The notes: generated from the sequence alone by a model not told the origin. A DNA stretch of 64,000 bases from Eledone cirrhosa (GCA_964016885.1 OZ024746.1:53940001-54004000); one strand, 5' to 3'; shown: positions 1-13,968, counted from the first letter of the stretch. Made by a program: numbers and translations.

Positions 1-40
1 AATGGTTGAGAGAGGGATGGGAGTGAAAGTGTGATAATAT

Positions 41-227
41 TTGTTTCTACTTTTGGCACAAGCCAGCAAATAACCAGTGCATTACTGGTACTTTTTTTTA
101 TCGACCCTGTAAGGATGAAAGGCAAAGTTAACGTCGGCGGGATTTGAACTCGGAATGGCAAGAGCCGTAACTCTATGCGTCAAAGCAGGGCGTCCGACCC
201 TCTACCGATACTGCCAATCTACCACCC
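41..227 (-). mobile_element. tRNA-derived SINE, family 1 (octopus-type)
   Basis: Minus strand has A box TGGCAGTATCGG, B box GTTCAAATCC, core GCCTTTCATCCTTAC.GGGTCGATAAAA..AAGTACCAG and tail TGTGCCAAAAGTAGAAAC. About 20 copies occur in the window. Confidence 0.85.
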
Positions 228-360
228 TAGTGGTGAAAGTGTGATAAGGCAGTAATAGAGGTGGCGGTGAGAGTGGTAATAATAGTAGTAGGGGTGTTCG
301 CGGTGGTGTTTATTTTTTGTGGTGGGTAAGAATGTGGGAAATAGAATGGTGTAGAACAGC

Positions 361-900
361 TACCTCACCACCACATACGTTACCACCACCATCACCACCA
401 CCACCACAACCATTACCAGCACCACCACCACCACAACAACAACAACCATTACCACCATCACCACCACCACAACCATTACCACCACCACCACAACCATTAC
501 CACCATCACCACCACCACAACCATTACCACCTCCACCACCACCACCACAACCACCACCACAACCATTACCACTATCACCACCACCACAACCATTACCACC
601 ACCACAACCACCACCACCACCCCAACCATTACCACCATCACCACCACCACAACCATTACCACCTCCACCACCACCACCACAACCACCACCACAACCATTA
701 CCACTATCACCACCACCACAACCATTACCACCACCACAACCACCACCACCCCAACCATTACCACCATCACCACCACTACAACCATTACCACCACCACCAC
801 TACCACAACCATTATCACCATCACCACCACCACAACCATTACCACCACCACCACAACCATTACCACCACCACCACCACCACCACCACAACCATTACCACC
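361..900. repeat. Compound (CCA)n minisatellite (CCACAACCATTACCACCA-like units)
   Basis: Read directly; explains the poly-Pro/Gly/Val ORFs. Confidence 0.95.
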
Positions 901-1180
901 ACATCTTGACCACCGTGCCAGGCGACTTCTCAATACAAAGAAATACAAACCATTTTTACAAATACAGCCGCTGGGAATCGAACTCACAACCCTATGATTG
1001 TGAGCAAAACATCTTGACCACCGTGCCAGGCGCCTTCTCAATACAAAGAAATACAAACCATTTTTACAAACACGGCCGCTGGGAATCGAACTCACGACCC
1101 TATGATTGTGACCAAAACATCTTGACCACCGTGCCACGCGCCTTCTCATTACAAAGAAACACAAACCATTTACAAACACA
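901..1180 (-). repeat. 108-bp tandem repeat (~2.5 units) of a tRNA-like SINE head
   Basis: ACATCTTGACC recurs at 901, 1009 and 1117. Minus strand has A box TGGCACGGTGG and B box GTTCGATTC. Confidence 0.75.
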
Positions 1181-1293
1181 TATTTTTATTTGTGCATATA
1201 AGCTATGCGTAGACGTTCGTACACGCCGATACACACCCATACAGTCATAGATTACACCCTGTATATACTGACCAACTATCTTATAACTTACCA

Positions 1294-1512
1294 GAAAGAG
1301 AGGAAGGGAGTACTCACTCTTGGTGCTCCTGGAGATGAGGGCTGTACATTTTTTTCGGGGTGTGTACAACCCCTGTGTAACGCCTCCCCCTATTGGGAAT
1401 TTCAATTGCTATTTGTTATTTTATTAATAGTTTTATTTTCATATACCTGTATGTAAACTCCCCATTTGTATTTGTCCCCTTCTTTTGTGCCCTTGTGGCT
1501 AATAAAGAAATT
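1294..1512 (+). mobile_element. 5'-truncated LINE 3' UTR (Tx1/L1-like) with 17-bp TSD
   Basis: TATCTTATAACTTACCA at 1277-1293 and 1513-1529. Ends in AATAAAGAAAT. Similar to 9240-9482 and 63100-63145. Confidence 0.7.
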
Positions 1513-1630
1513 TATCTTATAACTTACCAAAATACCACCCTACCATATCTAGATCTCGTCTCTCATCAAACGGATGTTTATTATCGAAATCTTTAAAAGT
1601 TACGCCAAGAATACACATAGAGTATGTAGG

Positions 1631-1633
<3 letters not shown>

Positions 1634-1673
<40 letters not shown>

Positions 1674-1768
1674 TTTCAGCATTGTTTACAAATATATACG
1701 CACCTACAGATATATATACATAGGCATAAAAACATATATATAAGTGCGTGTATGTGTGTGTGTGTGTT

Positions 1769-1817
<49 letters not shown>

Positions 1818-1843
1818 TATATGTATATATATATATATAAATA

Positions 1844-1874
<31 letters not shown>

Positions 1875-1987
1875 AATAATATATATATATATGTATATAT
1901 ATATATATGTGTATATATATATACATATATATAAATATATATATGCATATATATATGCATATATATATATATATATGTATATATATG

Positions 1988-2029
<42 letters not shown>

Positions 2030-2050
2030 AATATACTTACACACACACAG

Positions 2051-2087
<37 letters not shown>

Positions 2088-2098
2088 CATATATATAT
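1634..2098. repeat. (TA)n/(CA)n compound microsatellite
   Basis: Read directly. Confidence 0.95.
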
Positions 2099-2591
2099 AA
2101 CCGAACAAAACGGTCGAGACTGGTAATTGAAGACAAGTGTGGTTTTGAAATTATCCACGTTTAAACTGATTAAATATAAACATCACACATGTCACGTGTC
2201 TAAAATATCCTCACACCATCATTGGATACAAACATATCACATTAGTCACGTGTCTAAATAACTAATTCATCTTAATTCGTTTTCGTTTAGTTATTTTTTT
2301 TTAAACAACATACACCAATTAAAATATTTCTCTATTTGATTATATCTCGCTTTCTCCTCCCCCCTCACCCCCGCTCTCTCTCTCGCTATATATATAAATA
2401 TATATATATATATATTATATATATACATATATATATATGTATACATATATATATATATTTACATATATAATATATATATATTTTTTCTATATTTAGATCG
2501 ATCGACTTTCGTCAAATCGGACCTACGAAACAATGTTTCCGTTGGTCTTTCCAATTGCTAATACTATCTAGCGGTCGCAACTCCAGGTAGA

Positions 2592-2718
2592 AGGAGCAAC
2601 GTGAAATAAAGTGTCTTGCTCAAGGACATAACGCATCGCCCGGTATGAAATCCAGGAATCGAAATCACAACCTCAAGATTGTGAATCCAATTCTCTAACC
2701 ACTCAGCCACACGCCTTC
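2592..2718 (-). mobile_element. tRNA-derived SINE, family 2 (CORE-like)
   Basis: Head GAAGGCGTGTGGCTGAGTGG...TTCGATTCC followed by CTTGAGCAAGACACTTTATTTCACGTTGCTCC. Other copies at ~45848-45910, ~47187-47222 and ~55221-55341. Confidence 0.75.
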
Positions 2719-2721
2719 ACA

Positions 2722-3579
<858 letters not shown>

Positions 3580-3712
3580 CACACTCATATATATATATAC
3601 ATGTATATGTATATAAACATATATATATATATTTACTTACAAATATACATACACATATATACATAATGCGCACACACACATATATATAATTATATATGTA
3701 TATATATATAAT

Positions 3713-3796
<84 letters not shown>

Positions 3797-4225
3797 AACA
3801 AGTAAGACCCCGACGGCTGAGCTCAAGCCGTTTCGACGGCTAATTCTGTACTGAATGAAAAATTAATTCTGGTATTTAAATAGCCGAACTTATCAAGGGG
3901 TAATTCCATATATGGTCAAAGAGATAATCACCAGGATTGGTCACATCACAAGTTAGTAGTACATCTGTGATGGCAATTTCGTGGGGGAAGGGGTAGCTAA
4001 ACCTGCCAGTAGGAGAAAAAGGGAGAGGGGGTGGAGTAGACCCATTCATGCGTTGGTAGTACCAGCTACAGCTGGGTGTGAGGTCAAAGAGGATACTAGG
4101 GAGGGGGAGGGGGGAGGTAGAAACGGTAAGTAGAACAATGAAAGGTAAAAATGTAAAAGGTACTGAGAGAGAAAAAAAATAAGCAAAATCTGGTTACTAA
4201 GACTTAAGTCTCTCGCTATTGCTAC

Positions 4226-5895
4226 ATTAATCGAGATGGACAACAAATTACCTCCAGCCTAGGGGTCGCCGACCGCACCGAACCCCTAGACCCACGGACA
4301 CCCTACTTCACACTGAAGGACCACAAATCCGATTTCGACCGTAATCCATCTATCAGGCTTATAAACCCAACGAAGTCCGACATAGGGAGAATCAGCAAAA
4401 AAATCCTAGACCGCGTGATACCTAAAGTCAAGCAACACGCCCGACTTAGCCTATGGTTCAACACCCAGGAAGTTATCTCATGGTTCAGCAATTTGGAGGA
4501 TAAACGAGACACTAAATTTATCCAGTTCGACATAGAGAGCTACTATGCTTCAATCACCTTACCGCTACTTACTGCCGCCTTGGACTTCGCCGAAGCACTT
4601 GTGCCCATCACCGACCAGGAAAGAAAAATACTCCTCCACGCCAGGAAGACAGTCTTACTCTTTGACAACTCCAAATGGATAAAAAGAGCTCCTGACTCAC
4701 CCTTCGACGTCAGCATGGGCGCTACGGATTCGGCGGAGGTCACCGATCTTATAGGATTATTCCTTATAGACAAACTCACCGATATGTTTCCTGCTTTCGG
4801 TGGTGGATTGTACCGTGATGATGGGCTCCTTACCCTTAAAGGGTACAACCCCAGTAGTACAGATCGGATCCGTAAACAATTAATCAGCTTCTTCCGCGAC
4901 TGGGGATTTAAAATAACCCTACAAACGTCCCTGACCCGAGTTAATTTCCATACAGGAAACCCAATGACAACCTACACTACATCCACCGCCGATCTAACCA
5001 TCCTAGGAACATCACCAACAACCTGGTCAAAAAAATCTCCCTCCGTATATCCCGTTTGTCAGCTAATGAGAAGATATTCGATGAACATGGGCCTTACTAC
5101 AACCAGGCCCTCAAGTGGAGTGGTTTCCGGGAGGAAATATCCTACTGTCCAGCTCCCATTAGCGGAACCAGCAGGCGACACCGCCGCTCACGCAATGTAA
5201 CATGGTTCAATCCTGCCCACAACGCTGAGGTGACAACTCCCATCGGGAAAATTTTCTTTAGGCTCATTGAAAAACACTTCCCACCACAACACCGCTACCA
5301 CAACATAATTAACCAAAATACCATCAAACTCTCTTACAGCACTACACCTAACTTCGCACAAAACATCGTCTCCTCCAACAACAAAAAACTCAACCCCGAT
5401 GGAAGAAACAACCTAAATAGCAGTGGAGTGCCGACCAGGAGGTGCATCTGTCCTGATAGATCCAGTTGCCCCCTCGACAACAGATGCAGAGACCGTAATG
5501 TGATCTACCAGTGCAACGTGAGCACGGACACCTCCAACAAAGCTTATATAGGATTAACCGCATGCGACTTCAAGACCCGGCTATACCAACACAGACATAC
5601 CTTCCGAAACCCGGCCCGGCGTCACGCCACTACACTTTCGGGCCACATATGGGACCTCAAGGACAACAACATCAACTATGATCTCACTTGGAAATTACTG
5701 TCCAGAGCCAACTCTTACACGGGAGGACGCCGTCCGTGCAATTTATGCTCGGAGGTAACATTACAAATGTTGTTTTCGACGGACCAACTCCTTAACAAGA
5801 AAGATGAACTGGTTACTGTATGTAAACACCGATTACGTAGGACTTACCTCACCCTCAAACCCCATAATGACCCGGGGGGGGGGGGGGGGGGGTAG
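4226..5895 (+). pseudogene. PLE reverse transcriptase + C-terminal GIY-YIG endonuclease, frameshifted by a deletion near 4950
   Basis: Motifs FTLKDHK, RLINP, FDIESYYASI, MG...SAEVTDLIG and LYRDDGL; after the shift YRKPND..YIH..SNHP, WFNP, CICxxxxxCPL, VIY...YIGLT...R...H, CNLC and LNKKDE. Confidence 0.92.
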
Positions 5896-7095
5896 ACTAG
5901 GGCTATAACACCCCACTTGCCTATTTTGTAATGGGTAACCCCTGCTTGCCTATGGAGACGTAAGATCTTCTTTTACATTCTTTTATCGCTTCCTCTATAT
6001 TTCCTCCTTCCCCCCATCCCTCCCTAGTCCTTCTACCCCAGTTCCCTTTCTTTGTCGTCGTCTTTTTCTCGCCCACCCGAGGTAGCCCTTCAGTCCCTTG
6101 TAGCTTCAGCACCCCCACCCCCTCCCCTATTCTATGATAGATGTGGCTGACTCCGCTTTTTATAGCAGAGGTGTTAGACTTCCGATACTCGCCCCCTTCT
6201 CCGACCGCTGTCCCTTTTTTCCGTGCCTTCTATATTTCTTAGTGGCATCTTTGCTTTAATTTCTCGTTTATCCAGTATCTCTTTTTTCTTTTTCCCTTTT
6301 TTTTTGGGGGGGGGGGGGTGTTCCTGTATTAATTTTCCGTTCCTTTCTTTTACTTCGTACGATCTTTCATGTAGCTTGTATAAGACCTTTTGTTTCGTGG
6401 CGGTACCCTTAGAGTTAGCACTAGTATTTTTTTGCGGGACCCTGAATTATATTCTCGTACTAGTTTACTTTCTTGCACTGGGTGGTTGCTGGCCCTGTGT
6501 TTGGGGTAGAAACCTTTATTATTTTCGTGGTAGTCTCTTTAGTATTCTGGCCCCCCCTTTGTTGACCCGTCACCGTACGATACACGCACTTATACCTCGT
6601 ATAAGGGTCCCTTTATTTCCGTCCCACCTAGTTTATTTCTATTATTATTATTTATATATATTTTTTTTTATTCTACATTATATATATATATATATATTTT
6701 TTTTAAATTTATTTATCTATTCTTTTATTCACTTATTTGTTTATTTATTCATTTATGTATTTCTTCAGCCTAGCAATAGCGAGAGACTTAAGTCTTAGTA
6801 ACCAGATTTTGCTTATTTTTTTTCTCTCTCAGTACCTTTTACATTTTTACCTTTCATTGTTCTACTTACCGTTTCGACCTCCTCCCCCTCCCCCTCCCTA
6901 GTATCCTCTTTGACCTCACACCCAGCTGTAGCTGGCACTACCAACGCATGAATGGGTCTACTCCACCCCCTCTCCCTTTTTCTCCTACTGGCAGGTTTAG
7001 CTACCCCTTCCCCCACCAACTTGCCATCACAGATTTACTACTAACTTGTGATGTGACCAATCCTGGTGATTATCTCTTTGACCATATATGGAATT

Positions 7096-7190
7096 ACCCC
7101 TTGATAAGTTCGGCTATTTAAATACCAGAATTAATTTTTCATTCAGTACAGAATTAGCCGTCGAAACGGCTTGAGCTCAGCCGTCGGGGT
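7096..7190 (+). ncRNA. Type I hammerhead ribozyme, U3-A8 core variant, in the PLE pLTR (mirror at 3807-3901, minus)
   Basis: acccc-TTGATAA-g..cggcta...tagccg.c-GAAA-cggc(ttgagctca)gcc-GTC-ggggt. Confidence 0.8.
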
Positions 7191-7487
7191 CTTACTTGTT
7201 CCTATTACCCACTCTACTACCCTAAGTTTTGAGTACTTAGGTGCGTTATGGTCCACCTGGTTCCTTACCACATTTCCTTCGTTATATATATATATAAATA
7301 TATATATAATTATATATATATTTATATATATATATATACACGCTTACACGCGTACATACACATATACCTAAATTTATCGCTTGTGTTACACCTGGTCTCA
7401 ACATTTCAAATCTTTAACCTCCAAACCAAGTGTAATTATTAAACCTCGTTTATCTGACATGCTACAGCTGTTGCTCTAGACCGCATC

Positions 7488-7682
7488 AATCGGTAGAGGG
7501 CCATGCTTTGCAGCATAGAGTTACGGTCCTTTATAATCTCAGTTCAGATCCCGCCGAGGTTAACTTTGCCTTCCATCCATACGGGGTCGATAAAATAAAG
7601 TACAAGTCATGCACTGGGGTCGATTTAATCGACTTTCCCCTCCCGCAAAATTGCTGGCCTTGTGCCTACATAAGAAACTATT
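7488..7682 (+). mobile_element. SINE family 1
   Basis: B box plus GGGGTCGATAAAATAAAGTAC core. Confidence 0.8.
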
Positions 7683-7933
7683 ATTTAGGAAACCTGAGCT
7701 ATAGAGGAAACCTCTACTCAGTCACTTAACCTGCTGGAAATAGCTGTTATATTTCCTCTCAAACATATGTTGATACCTTTGCTCTGGAAGAACAAATTTA
7801 TGTTAGAAAATAATAATAAAACTGAAACTACAAAATGGCCTTGGTTGGTAATCATTTGATCAGACGTCCGCTTGATCAGAATTGATCTGGGTTTAAAGAG
7901 TAACGATATGAGTCACTAAATATCTTTTACTTA

Positions 7934-8112
7934 CCGTATTTCTCGGCGTCAAAGACGCTTCCTCCTCGTCGACGCACCATAATTTTGACAACTAAAAATT
8001 CGGAAAAAAATAATAAACATAAAAAATGCAGCCTTCGGCCTCCAGGACATATGGTAGATTTTCGATACTTATTTTAGGAAAAAAGTAGTGTCTTCGACTC
8101 CGAGAAATGCGG
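7934..8112. mobile_element. Tc1/mariner-pogo-type MITE
   Basis: TIRs CCGTATTTCTCGGCGTCAAAGAC / GTCTTCGACTCCGAGAAATGCGG; flanked by TA on the left and TG on the right. Confidence 0.65.
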
Positions 8113-8247
8113 TGATTATTATAAAATAATTGAAATGAAAAACAAATATTTCAATGTACAAAATCTCACAATGTCATGAAGAACCATTGATATTATATAA
8201 AAATAAGTGAGCAGTATCTAATAAAAAAACAAAACACATTATTAAAC

Positions 8248-8730
8248 GGTTCAAATCCCGCCGAGGTTAGCTTTGCCTGTCATCCTTATGGGGTCGATTA
8301 TATAAAGTACCCGTAACGCAATGGGGTCGATTTAATCGATTTTCCCCAACCCGAAAATTGCTGGAATTGTACCTATATAAGAAATCATTATTCACTTTGG
8401 TCTCTTCTTCCCTTTTTCTTCTTCAGCATCTTCTCATTTATCATCATCATCATCATCATCGCAATCATCTTTTGCTATATATAACTATAATGATTATGAT
8501 AATCAAAAGGGCGGTGGATTGGCAGTATCAGTAGACGGCCGAACGCCATGCTATGACGCATAGAGTTACGGTCCTTTATGATCTGAGTTCAAATCCCGCC
8601 GAGGTTAACTTTGCCTTTCATCCTTACGGGGTCGATAAAATAAAGTACCAGTAATGTACTAGGGTCGATTTAATCGACTTTCCCATCCCCTAAAAATTGC
8701 TGACCTTGTGCCTATATAAGAAACAATTAT
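8248..8730 (+). mobile_element. Two SINE family 1 copies (8248-8390 partial; 8509-8730 full)
   Basis: A/B boxes and core motif. Confidence 0.8.
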
Positions 8731-8839
8731 GATAATTAAAGAGAGAATGCTTATGATGATGATGATGATCATAACGTGAACGACGATAATGATGAATCCT
8801 GCTGATACTGGGTGTGAGTGGAGGTGAGAGGGGTTTGTT

Positions 8840-9042
8840 GTATCGGTGATGGTGGTGGTTGTAGTGGTCGTGGTAGTCGTGGTGTTGGTGCTGGTGGTGA
8901 TGGTAGTGGTGGTGGTAGCGGTGGTGGTTGTAGTGGTGTTGGTGCTGGTGGCGGTAGTGGTGGTGGTTGTGATGGTGATAGTGGCGGTGGTTGTGGTAGT
9001 GATAGTGGTGTCATTGCTGGTGGCGGTGGTAGTGGTGGTGGC
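8840..9042. repeat. Degenerate (GGT)n
   Basis: Read directly. Confidence 0.9.
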
Positions 9043-9069
9043 CATGTGCCTAAATCAGAAACCATTATT

Positions 9070-9482
9070 AAAGACACTTTCCTCTTCGGCCAAACCCTCG
9101 TCAACCTTTTCAAGTTCCCCTTGGAAAGGAAGATAAGGGTGAAGAAAGAAATGCTGCCCCCAGATCATTCTTTAAAAGGTGGGTCATTGCTGCGAAGATG
9201 GCCCCTGTGAATGGGCCCAATGGGAATGGGAAAGATGGGGGTAGAGAGGCGCATCCTCCTATGGTGCTCTTGGAGATGAGGGTGGTTTGGGATTTGTGTG
9301 GTTCCTAACGTCACCCCTGGGTGGTATGACCCCCTCCCCATTTGGGGAATTCAGTTGTTGATATTTTTTGTTAATTGTTTTTGCTTATAATATTTACTCG
9401 AATATATGTAAACTCCCACTGTTCCCCGTCTTTGTATTGTCCTGTACGTTCGGCCTTTGTGGCCAATAATAAAGAAATTATT
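9070..9482 (+). mobile_element. LINE 3' end (Tx1/L1-like) relic
   Basis: Decayed C-terminal peptide LVNLFKF.L.RKIRV..EML, then a 3' UTR homologous to 1294-1512 ending AATAAAGAAAT. Clade assignment is inference. Confidence 0.5.
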
Positions 9483-9498
9483 ATGAAAAGGAACAAGG

Positions 9499-9712
9499 AT
9501 CGTGAATTGGCAGTAACGGTAGGACGTCGGACATTATGCTTTACAGTATAGCGTTACGGCACTTTACGGTCTGAGTTCAAATCCTGCTGAGGTTAATTTT
9601 ACCTTTCATCCTTACGGGGTCGATAAAATAAAGTACCAGTAACGTACTGGGGTCGTGTAATCGACTTCCCCTCCAATAAGTTACTGGCCTTGTGTCTATG
9701 CTAGAAATCCTT
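9499..9712 (+). mobile_element. SINE family 1
   Basis: A/B boxes and core. Confidence 0.8.
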
Positions 9713-9799
9713 ATTAAAGGGAACAAAAAAGAAGAAAACAAAAAGGAAAGGAAAAGAAGAAAAAGTAAAAAGGGATCAAGCAATAACAAAAAAAAATGA

Positions 9800-10147
9800 G
9801 TGAGCGGGAGAGACTGAGACTAGAGCCCAGTCAGACTGGTGTCTCAGTCGCGCTCCACGGTAAAAATGACAAATGCGTTACAACGGAGGGTTGCCAGAAA
9901 AACCCACTGCAACAGCCACCCCACAACATGGGGATTCTTTGTCAAACGGGCCGCAGTGTTACCGACTTTACGTACGAAATAAGGAGTGTGGGGACTAACG
10001 AAGACAGAGGTGTTGAGGGGGGACGGTGCAAAAGAAAGCGGTCGGTCAAGCCACGGTATTTGACTATCTAACTTTTCTCAGCATTCTGGGCAGCGGAGAC
10101 CGGATTTGTGACTGAAGCGATAAGGATGGAGGCGGAGAACAAGTCAC

Positions 10148-10150
<3 letters not shown>
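9800..10150 (-). pseudogene. Relic of the restriction-like endonuclease C-terminus of a CRE-type non-LTR element
   Basis: Minus translation CSDLFSAS...[20 protein letters not shown]...VGNTAARLTKNPHVVGWLLQ matches the AA..AE..K..KY..L / WL.Q pattern. Contains stops and frameshifts. Confidence 0.5.
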
Positions 10151-10244
<94 letters not shown>

Positions 10245-10482
10245 TCATCATCATCACCGTTTTATGCCCTTTCTTCCACGCTAGCATGGGTTAGACGAGT
10301 TGCTCTTGCTCATACGTTAACTGATTTTGGCTTTATTTCTACAGCTGGATGCCCTTCCTAACACCAAACTCATTTACAGTGAGTACTGGGTGCTTTGTTT
10401 TGCCGTGGCACCTCCACAACCACTTTGCAGTGGGAGGTGGTGGAGACATATTGCCTATATTCTTCAGCTTCGGCTTGTACCC

Positions 10483-10557
<75 letters not shown>

Positions 10558-11014
10558 GGAGGGGGCCTTTTTACACATGCGCACTCTGGGCATAACATCA
10601 AATATCTATATAAAACAAAGAGCAATTTCTTTAATTTCGATTAAAGGTTGAGGAATATTTAATAATAGTCTACAGTAAAATATTCAATAATTCTTTCTTC
10701 ACTAAATGAATCATGTTTATCAATAATTTATATTTAGAATTTGAAGTTATTTTAACCTATAAATATATATCACAGTGTATATTTACTGCAGATATATTTA
10801 CGCTATTAACCCTATATTTGTAGAGTATATTTTATGCTTTTACCGGTCACTTGAATCCGGCCATGCTCGGACATATTCTTCATAAATTTGATCACATCGA
10901 TCCCAGTTCTCATTTTTTCAGCGCTCGTACTTATTTTATCTTTTTTGTCAAACTGCAAAGTTACGGCACATAAACAGAGACTCAAATACAAATATAACAC
11001 AGTTACAGACACAC

Positions 11015-11093
<79 letters not shown>

Positions 11094-11256
11094 AACGGCA
11101 TGCTATAACAAAAGACAGTTTCCGAACTTTCGGCACAGATGACTGAATCTAAAACGTAAACGAATATTTTACGTTCGACCAAAACTGGAACTCCATTCAA
11201 TGGATATAGAGGTCAGAGTCCTAACCATTACAGCATATAAACATGATACTACAGAT

Positions 11257-11548
11257 CAGGGGCGTACAACAGTCGGCCACAATCCGGCCCACTAGACCAG
11301 TCAAAGTGGCCCGTGATGTCCGTTTTTAATTTTTACATTGTACGCTTATTTAGAATTTATTTTCGTAACCGTAATACATCTTTCTGTTAGTTGACCTATA
11401 CTAAAGGGCTTCACTGATAGGGTTATAATTTCCCAGTTCCATGAGGTTGTGGCGAATCTTTGGAATAGTGCTTAATAAATATTAATAGCCCTAATAGTTG
11501 TTCCAATGTTCAAAAGTAGCCCGCCAATGTAATATGTTGCACACCCTT
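11257..11548. mobile_element. hAT-type MITE
   Basis: Imperfect TIRs CAGGGGCGTACAAC / GTTGCACACCCTT with degenerate 8-bp TSD CTACAGAT / TTATAGAT. Confidence 0.6.
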
Positions 11549-11716
11549 TTATAGATAATACGCACGCGCAAACACACACACACATGCGCACACATATATA
11601 TATTTATATATATATATATATACATTGTTAAATTCGATTTTACCGCGAATATTTATTATACTTACGGAATTGTATTGGTAGTGTCGTCAGGGTATTCGTA
11701 GGCATTTGTTTATAGA

Positions 11717-12640
11717 CTACTAGCAGTGGTACCCGGCGTTGCACGGATAAGGTATTTTGGAACGCGGGCTGTCAACAGACATAATCGTGGAAAAACTCCA
11801 TGCCTGGACAATATGTAATGAAAATAAACCGAATACTCTAATGGCTGGATAATCTTTAAGACGAAGCAGGAAAAATGCAGGTTTTTACCTAATGCGGACC
11901 CTAGGGGCTCAAGAAAATGAAGTTTTTTCATGTGCATAACATGCTTTGAAATTTCGGGACAATCGGCTAGACGTAACGCCTCCAAAAAGCTCTAAAAAGC
12001 TGGAAAAAAAAGAAATTTTTCACCTAATCCGGGTTCTAGGCCATAAAAAGTTGGATTTTCTTTGCTCACGGTATGAAGAAGAGACTGACTAATACATAGT
12101 TACAATTTCAAGGAAATCGGTCGGATGTAACGCCTAAAAAAAAAATAAAAAGCTTAAAAAACGCAGTTTTTCACCTAATGCAGGCTCTAGGAGATCAAAA
12201 TGTTGAATTTTTTTATGTGCATAATACTCCCTGAAACATAAGTAATACACATGTAAAGATTGAAAAACATCGGTTGGGTACTTCTCGAGTTTTAGGGATT
12301 CAAACTCACACACACACATACACACAGACAGACATCCTCAGAAAAGTGATGTAATGCAGACAGCCAGACATACAGACAGATATTATAAGGCCGCGACGTT
12401 ATATGTATGTATCTATCTAAAAAGAGAAAGACTAAGAATTATAGAGAGAGATCGCTAAATCACATAATGCGGTCCCTAGGGTATTAAACATTTGAAATTC
12501 TTTTTACTCAAAACACTCCCTGAAACATAAGTATTACATGTGTAAAGTTTGAAAACAGTCGGTTGGGTGGTTCTCGAGTTTTAGGGATTTAAACTCACAC
12601 ACACACACACACAGACAGACATCCTCAGTTTTATATATAT
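11717..12640 (+). mobile_element. Non-autonomous Helitron/Helentron-like element with internal duplication
   Basis: 5' ACTAGCAGTGGTACCCGGCGTTGCACGG; repeated internal blocks (12225-12340 resembles 12515-12630); (CA)n(CAGA)n near the 3' end. Superfamily is inference. Confidence 0.5.
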
Positions 12641-12643
12641 ATA

Positions 12644-12831
12644 TAATTGTTTCTACTTTAGGCACAAGGCCAGCAATTACGCAGTACATTACTGGTACTT
12701 TATTTTATCGACCCCGTAAGGATGAAAGGCAAAGTTAACCTCGGCGGGATTTGAACTCAGACTGTAAAGGGACGTAACTATGATAGAAAGCATGGCGTCC
12801 GACCCTCTACCCATACTGCCAATTCACCGCC
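12644..12831 (-). mobile_element. SINE family 1
   Basis: Full-length copy in an AT tract. Confidence 0.85.
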
Positions 12832-12849
12832 AATATATATATAGATAAT

Positions 12850-13460
12850 GCACACCATTTATAGAACATATAACTTATAACCTTATATTTATAGAACACA
12901 AAACATTCTATTTATAGAACATAGAATGTTCTAATTATAGAGCAGAGAACATTTTATTTAAAGAACATACAACATTATACATAACATAACATTCTATTTA
13001 TTTAAAACTCTATGTATACAATATTCTATTTGTAGAACAGAAAAAAACATTTCACAGAATATAGGACACTTTCCTTACAGAACATATAATATTATTGTAC
13101 ACAAAATACTCTAGAACAAAGAACATTACTATAGAACACAGCACACTATATCTATAGAATATACAGAATGCTAGAACCATCTATTAATAGAACAAAAAAA
13201 CACTCTACAGAACATAGAGCCGTCAATTTATAGAAAGAAAAAAAACGTTCTATTTATAACAATGTAACACTATAGAACATTCCATATTCCATTTATGGAA
13301 ATTACATCATTCTATTTATAGAACATGCACTATTCTATTTATATGATATATAACATTAAAACTAACATTCTAATTATTTATAGACAATTCTATATAGAGC
13401 ACATTCTTTTGGGAGAACATAGAACTCTCTATTTATAGAGCGTAGAACATTTTACTTCAG
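12850..13460. repeat. Degenerate TATAGAACA / ATTCTATT minisatellite
   Basis: Recurrent ATAGAACA and TTCTATTTATAGAAC motifs. Confidence 0.7.
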
Positions 13461-13483
13461 AACACACACACACACACATACCC

Positions 13484-13560
<77 letters not shown>

Positions 13561-13643
13561 ACGTTGTATGTATTTGTAACACAGATTTGTTTGTTCGCAC
13601 AACTCTTTCCCTATATCTGGCGGTCTCTCTTTTTCACACAAAC

Positions 13644-13687
<44 letters not shown>

Positions 13688-13751
13688 CGCAAGTACACAA
13701 GGCCGCACTCATAGTTTTACTCATCTATACAGCCACACATCAAGCCGTTAC

Positions 13752-13850
13752 CTTCAGCAAGTTATTCCATATATGGTAGGGTATGTTCATCATCAAGAGA
13801 ACAAGCAGAAGTATTTCTGGTGGTGTTTCTTATCAATTAACAGTCCAGCC
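13752..13850 (-). other. Candidate host-gene exon (possible start codon, MMNIPYHIWNNLLK)
   Basis: Unique sequence bounded by ctcctctgacAG and AAG|GTAAC. No homology recognised. Confidence 0.25.
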
Positions 13851-13968
13851 CTGTCAGAGGAGAACGAATTGACTACACATTTCATACATATATACACATA
13901 TTACACACAGGCGCACTCACACGAACACGAACACAAACACATATTCACACGCACGCACACCCACACAT

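Larger units (their letters stand above)
3793..7283 (+). mobile_element. Penelope-like element, 5'-truncated, with inverted pseudo-LTR, inserted in (TA)n (Hydra-clade-like)
   Basis: 3793-4224 is the inverted copy of 6771-7204. Unpaired 3' tail 7205-7283. RT plus GIY-YIG ORF lies between the arms; (TA)n on both sides. Confidence 0.92.

Noticed and set aside
310-1179. Pro-, Gly- and Val-rich ORFs (also 8659-9210, 15684-16432, 55831-57156)
   Set aside because: Translations of trinucleotide-based repeats, open in several frames on both strands; no splice or domain evidence.
6223-6798. 191-aa hydrophobic ORF downstream of the PLE ORF
   Set aside because: T-rich 3' UTR with low-complexity composition; no motifs.
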